Origin: Paraphysomonas bandaiensis | Taxonomy: Eukaryota > Protista > Chrysophyceae | DNA length: 64,000 nt | Assembly: GCA_965644295.1 (NCBI GenBank) | Contig: CBFFRP010000141.1 | Coordinates: 285,973 to 349,972 of the forward strand | Direction of reading: 5' to 3' | Shown: positions 63,434 through 64,000 of the stretch, in pieces | Layout of the letters: every line of letters starts with the position of its first letter | Numbering within the stretch: the first letter of the stretch is position 1 | The notes under the pieces: model-generated | The model's database searches: none | Seen by the model: the letters and a program-made list of their open reading frames with translations, nothing else | What the model was told of the DNA's origin: nothing | Made by a program: the position numbers and the translations under genes

Positions 63434-63829
63434 ATGAAAACTTTAACAATTGACATTGAAGAAATTGACAGTTTATATTCAAAGCTACAAAATGATAAAG
63501 AAATAAGATGTATTGTATTTGAATGTGAGAGAATGAGAGAACTAAATTTAATTGATTTTGAAATTGGTTTATCATATGAAGAAGAAGAGGAAAAAGATAT
63601 ATTACATGAAAAAAACAATAGAAAAATCAATAAAGTTATTCCAAGATTTATTCCCAACACTATAACACATCTAAGTTTTAATGATGAAATCCACCTTGAT
63701 GAACGTGCATATAATTATTTTCCTCAAAGTATACTTAAAATTAAGGATGAATACAAACACATAATAACAAGAGATGACATTAAAGAGATATTAAAACAAT
63801 TCTTACATTTAAGGTATGAAGTACTTTAG
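63434..63829 (+). CDS. Hypothetical viral protein with FNIP-like motif
   Basis: Likely ATG at 63434, after the shared motif. FIPNTITHLSFN resembles the FNIP/IP22 unit IPNSVTHLTF, and FPQSILKI is a weaker second unit. Confidence 0.6.
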   Translation: MKTLTIDIEEIDSLYSKLQNDKEIRCIVFECERMRELNLIDFEIGLSYEEEEEKDILHEKNNRKINKVIPRFIPNTITHLSFNDEIHLDERAYNYFPQSILKIKDEYKHIITRDDIKEILKQFLHLRYEVL

Positions 63830-64000
63830 AGGAGAAAAGGTATATTAATGTTAAGGATAACTGATGTAAACATGTCAATGTGTGATGACAATGAATGGAT
63901 ATGCATGCATGTGACATACTATCCATTCATTCATAATACGTAGTGCGTATGTGACAGGAAAACTACGGAAGCGAAGTTTACACTTCAACTCTTACAAATG

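Larger units (their letters stand above)
59437..63848. mobile_element. Endogenous viral element fragment (Polinton-like virus, virophage or NCLDV-like)
   Basis: Sharp AT enrichment from ~60300, no introns, compact ORFs, a fibre-like gene, Zn-finger micro-ORFs, an FNIP-like motif and a shared upstream motif. Boundaries are approximate and no hallmark capsid or polymerase gene is in the window. Confidence 0.72.

Overview
Gene-dense eukaryotic nuclear DNA with short GT-AG introns (mostly ~40-55 nt). The gene families and intron style suggest a stramenopile or ochrophyte-like protist; this is inference only. About 18 host genes lie mostly in head-to-head pairs: a C2/DysF/Sec6-like giant, CDK20, SMP-30, vWA-CaaX, PRUNE, TOM1-like, PSTK, JmjC, cystatin-like, HRD1, a membrane-anchored lipase-3, TDH, a DAO-family oxidase, WW-RasGAP-like-PH, TPR, strictosidine-synthase-like, XPA and a six-hairpin glycosidase. 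There is also one intron-containing tRNA-Tyr. The gaps hold Copia, pogo and hAT relics, MITEs, a 22-bp minisatellite and a (TACA)~106 tract. The most striking part is the right end (~59.4-63.85 kb), which becomes very AT-rich from ~60.3 kb and is intron-less. It carries a 481-aa repeat-built trimeric fibre-like gene, two small Cys/His zinc-finger ORFs (one missed by the ORF track), an FNIP-like ORF, a shared promoter-like motif and tandem-repeat arrays flanking the fibre gene. I read it as a piece of an endogenous Polinton-like virus, virophage or NCLDV, bordered by LTR-like sequence. No capsid, ATPase or polymerase gene is inside the window, so the viral class is unproven. All family calls come from motif recognition by eye, with no database searches.
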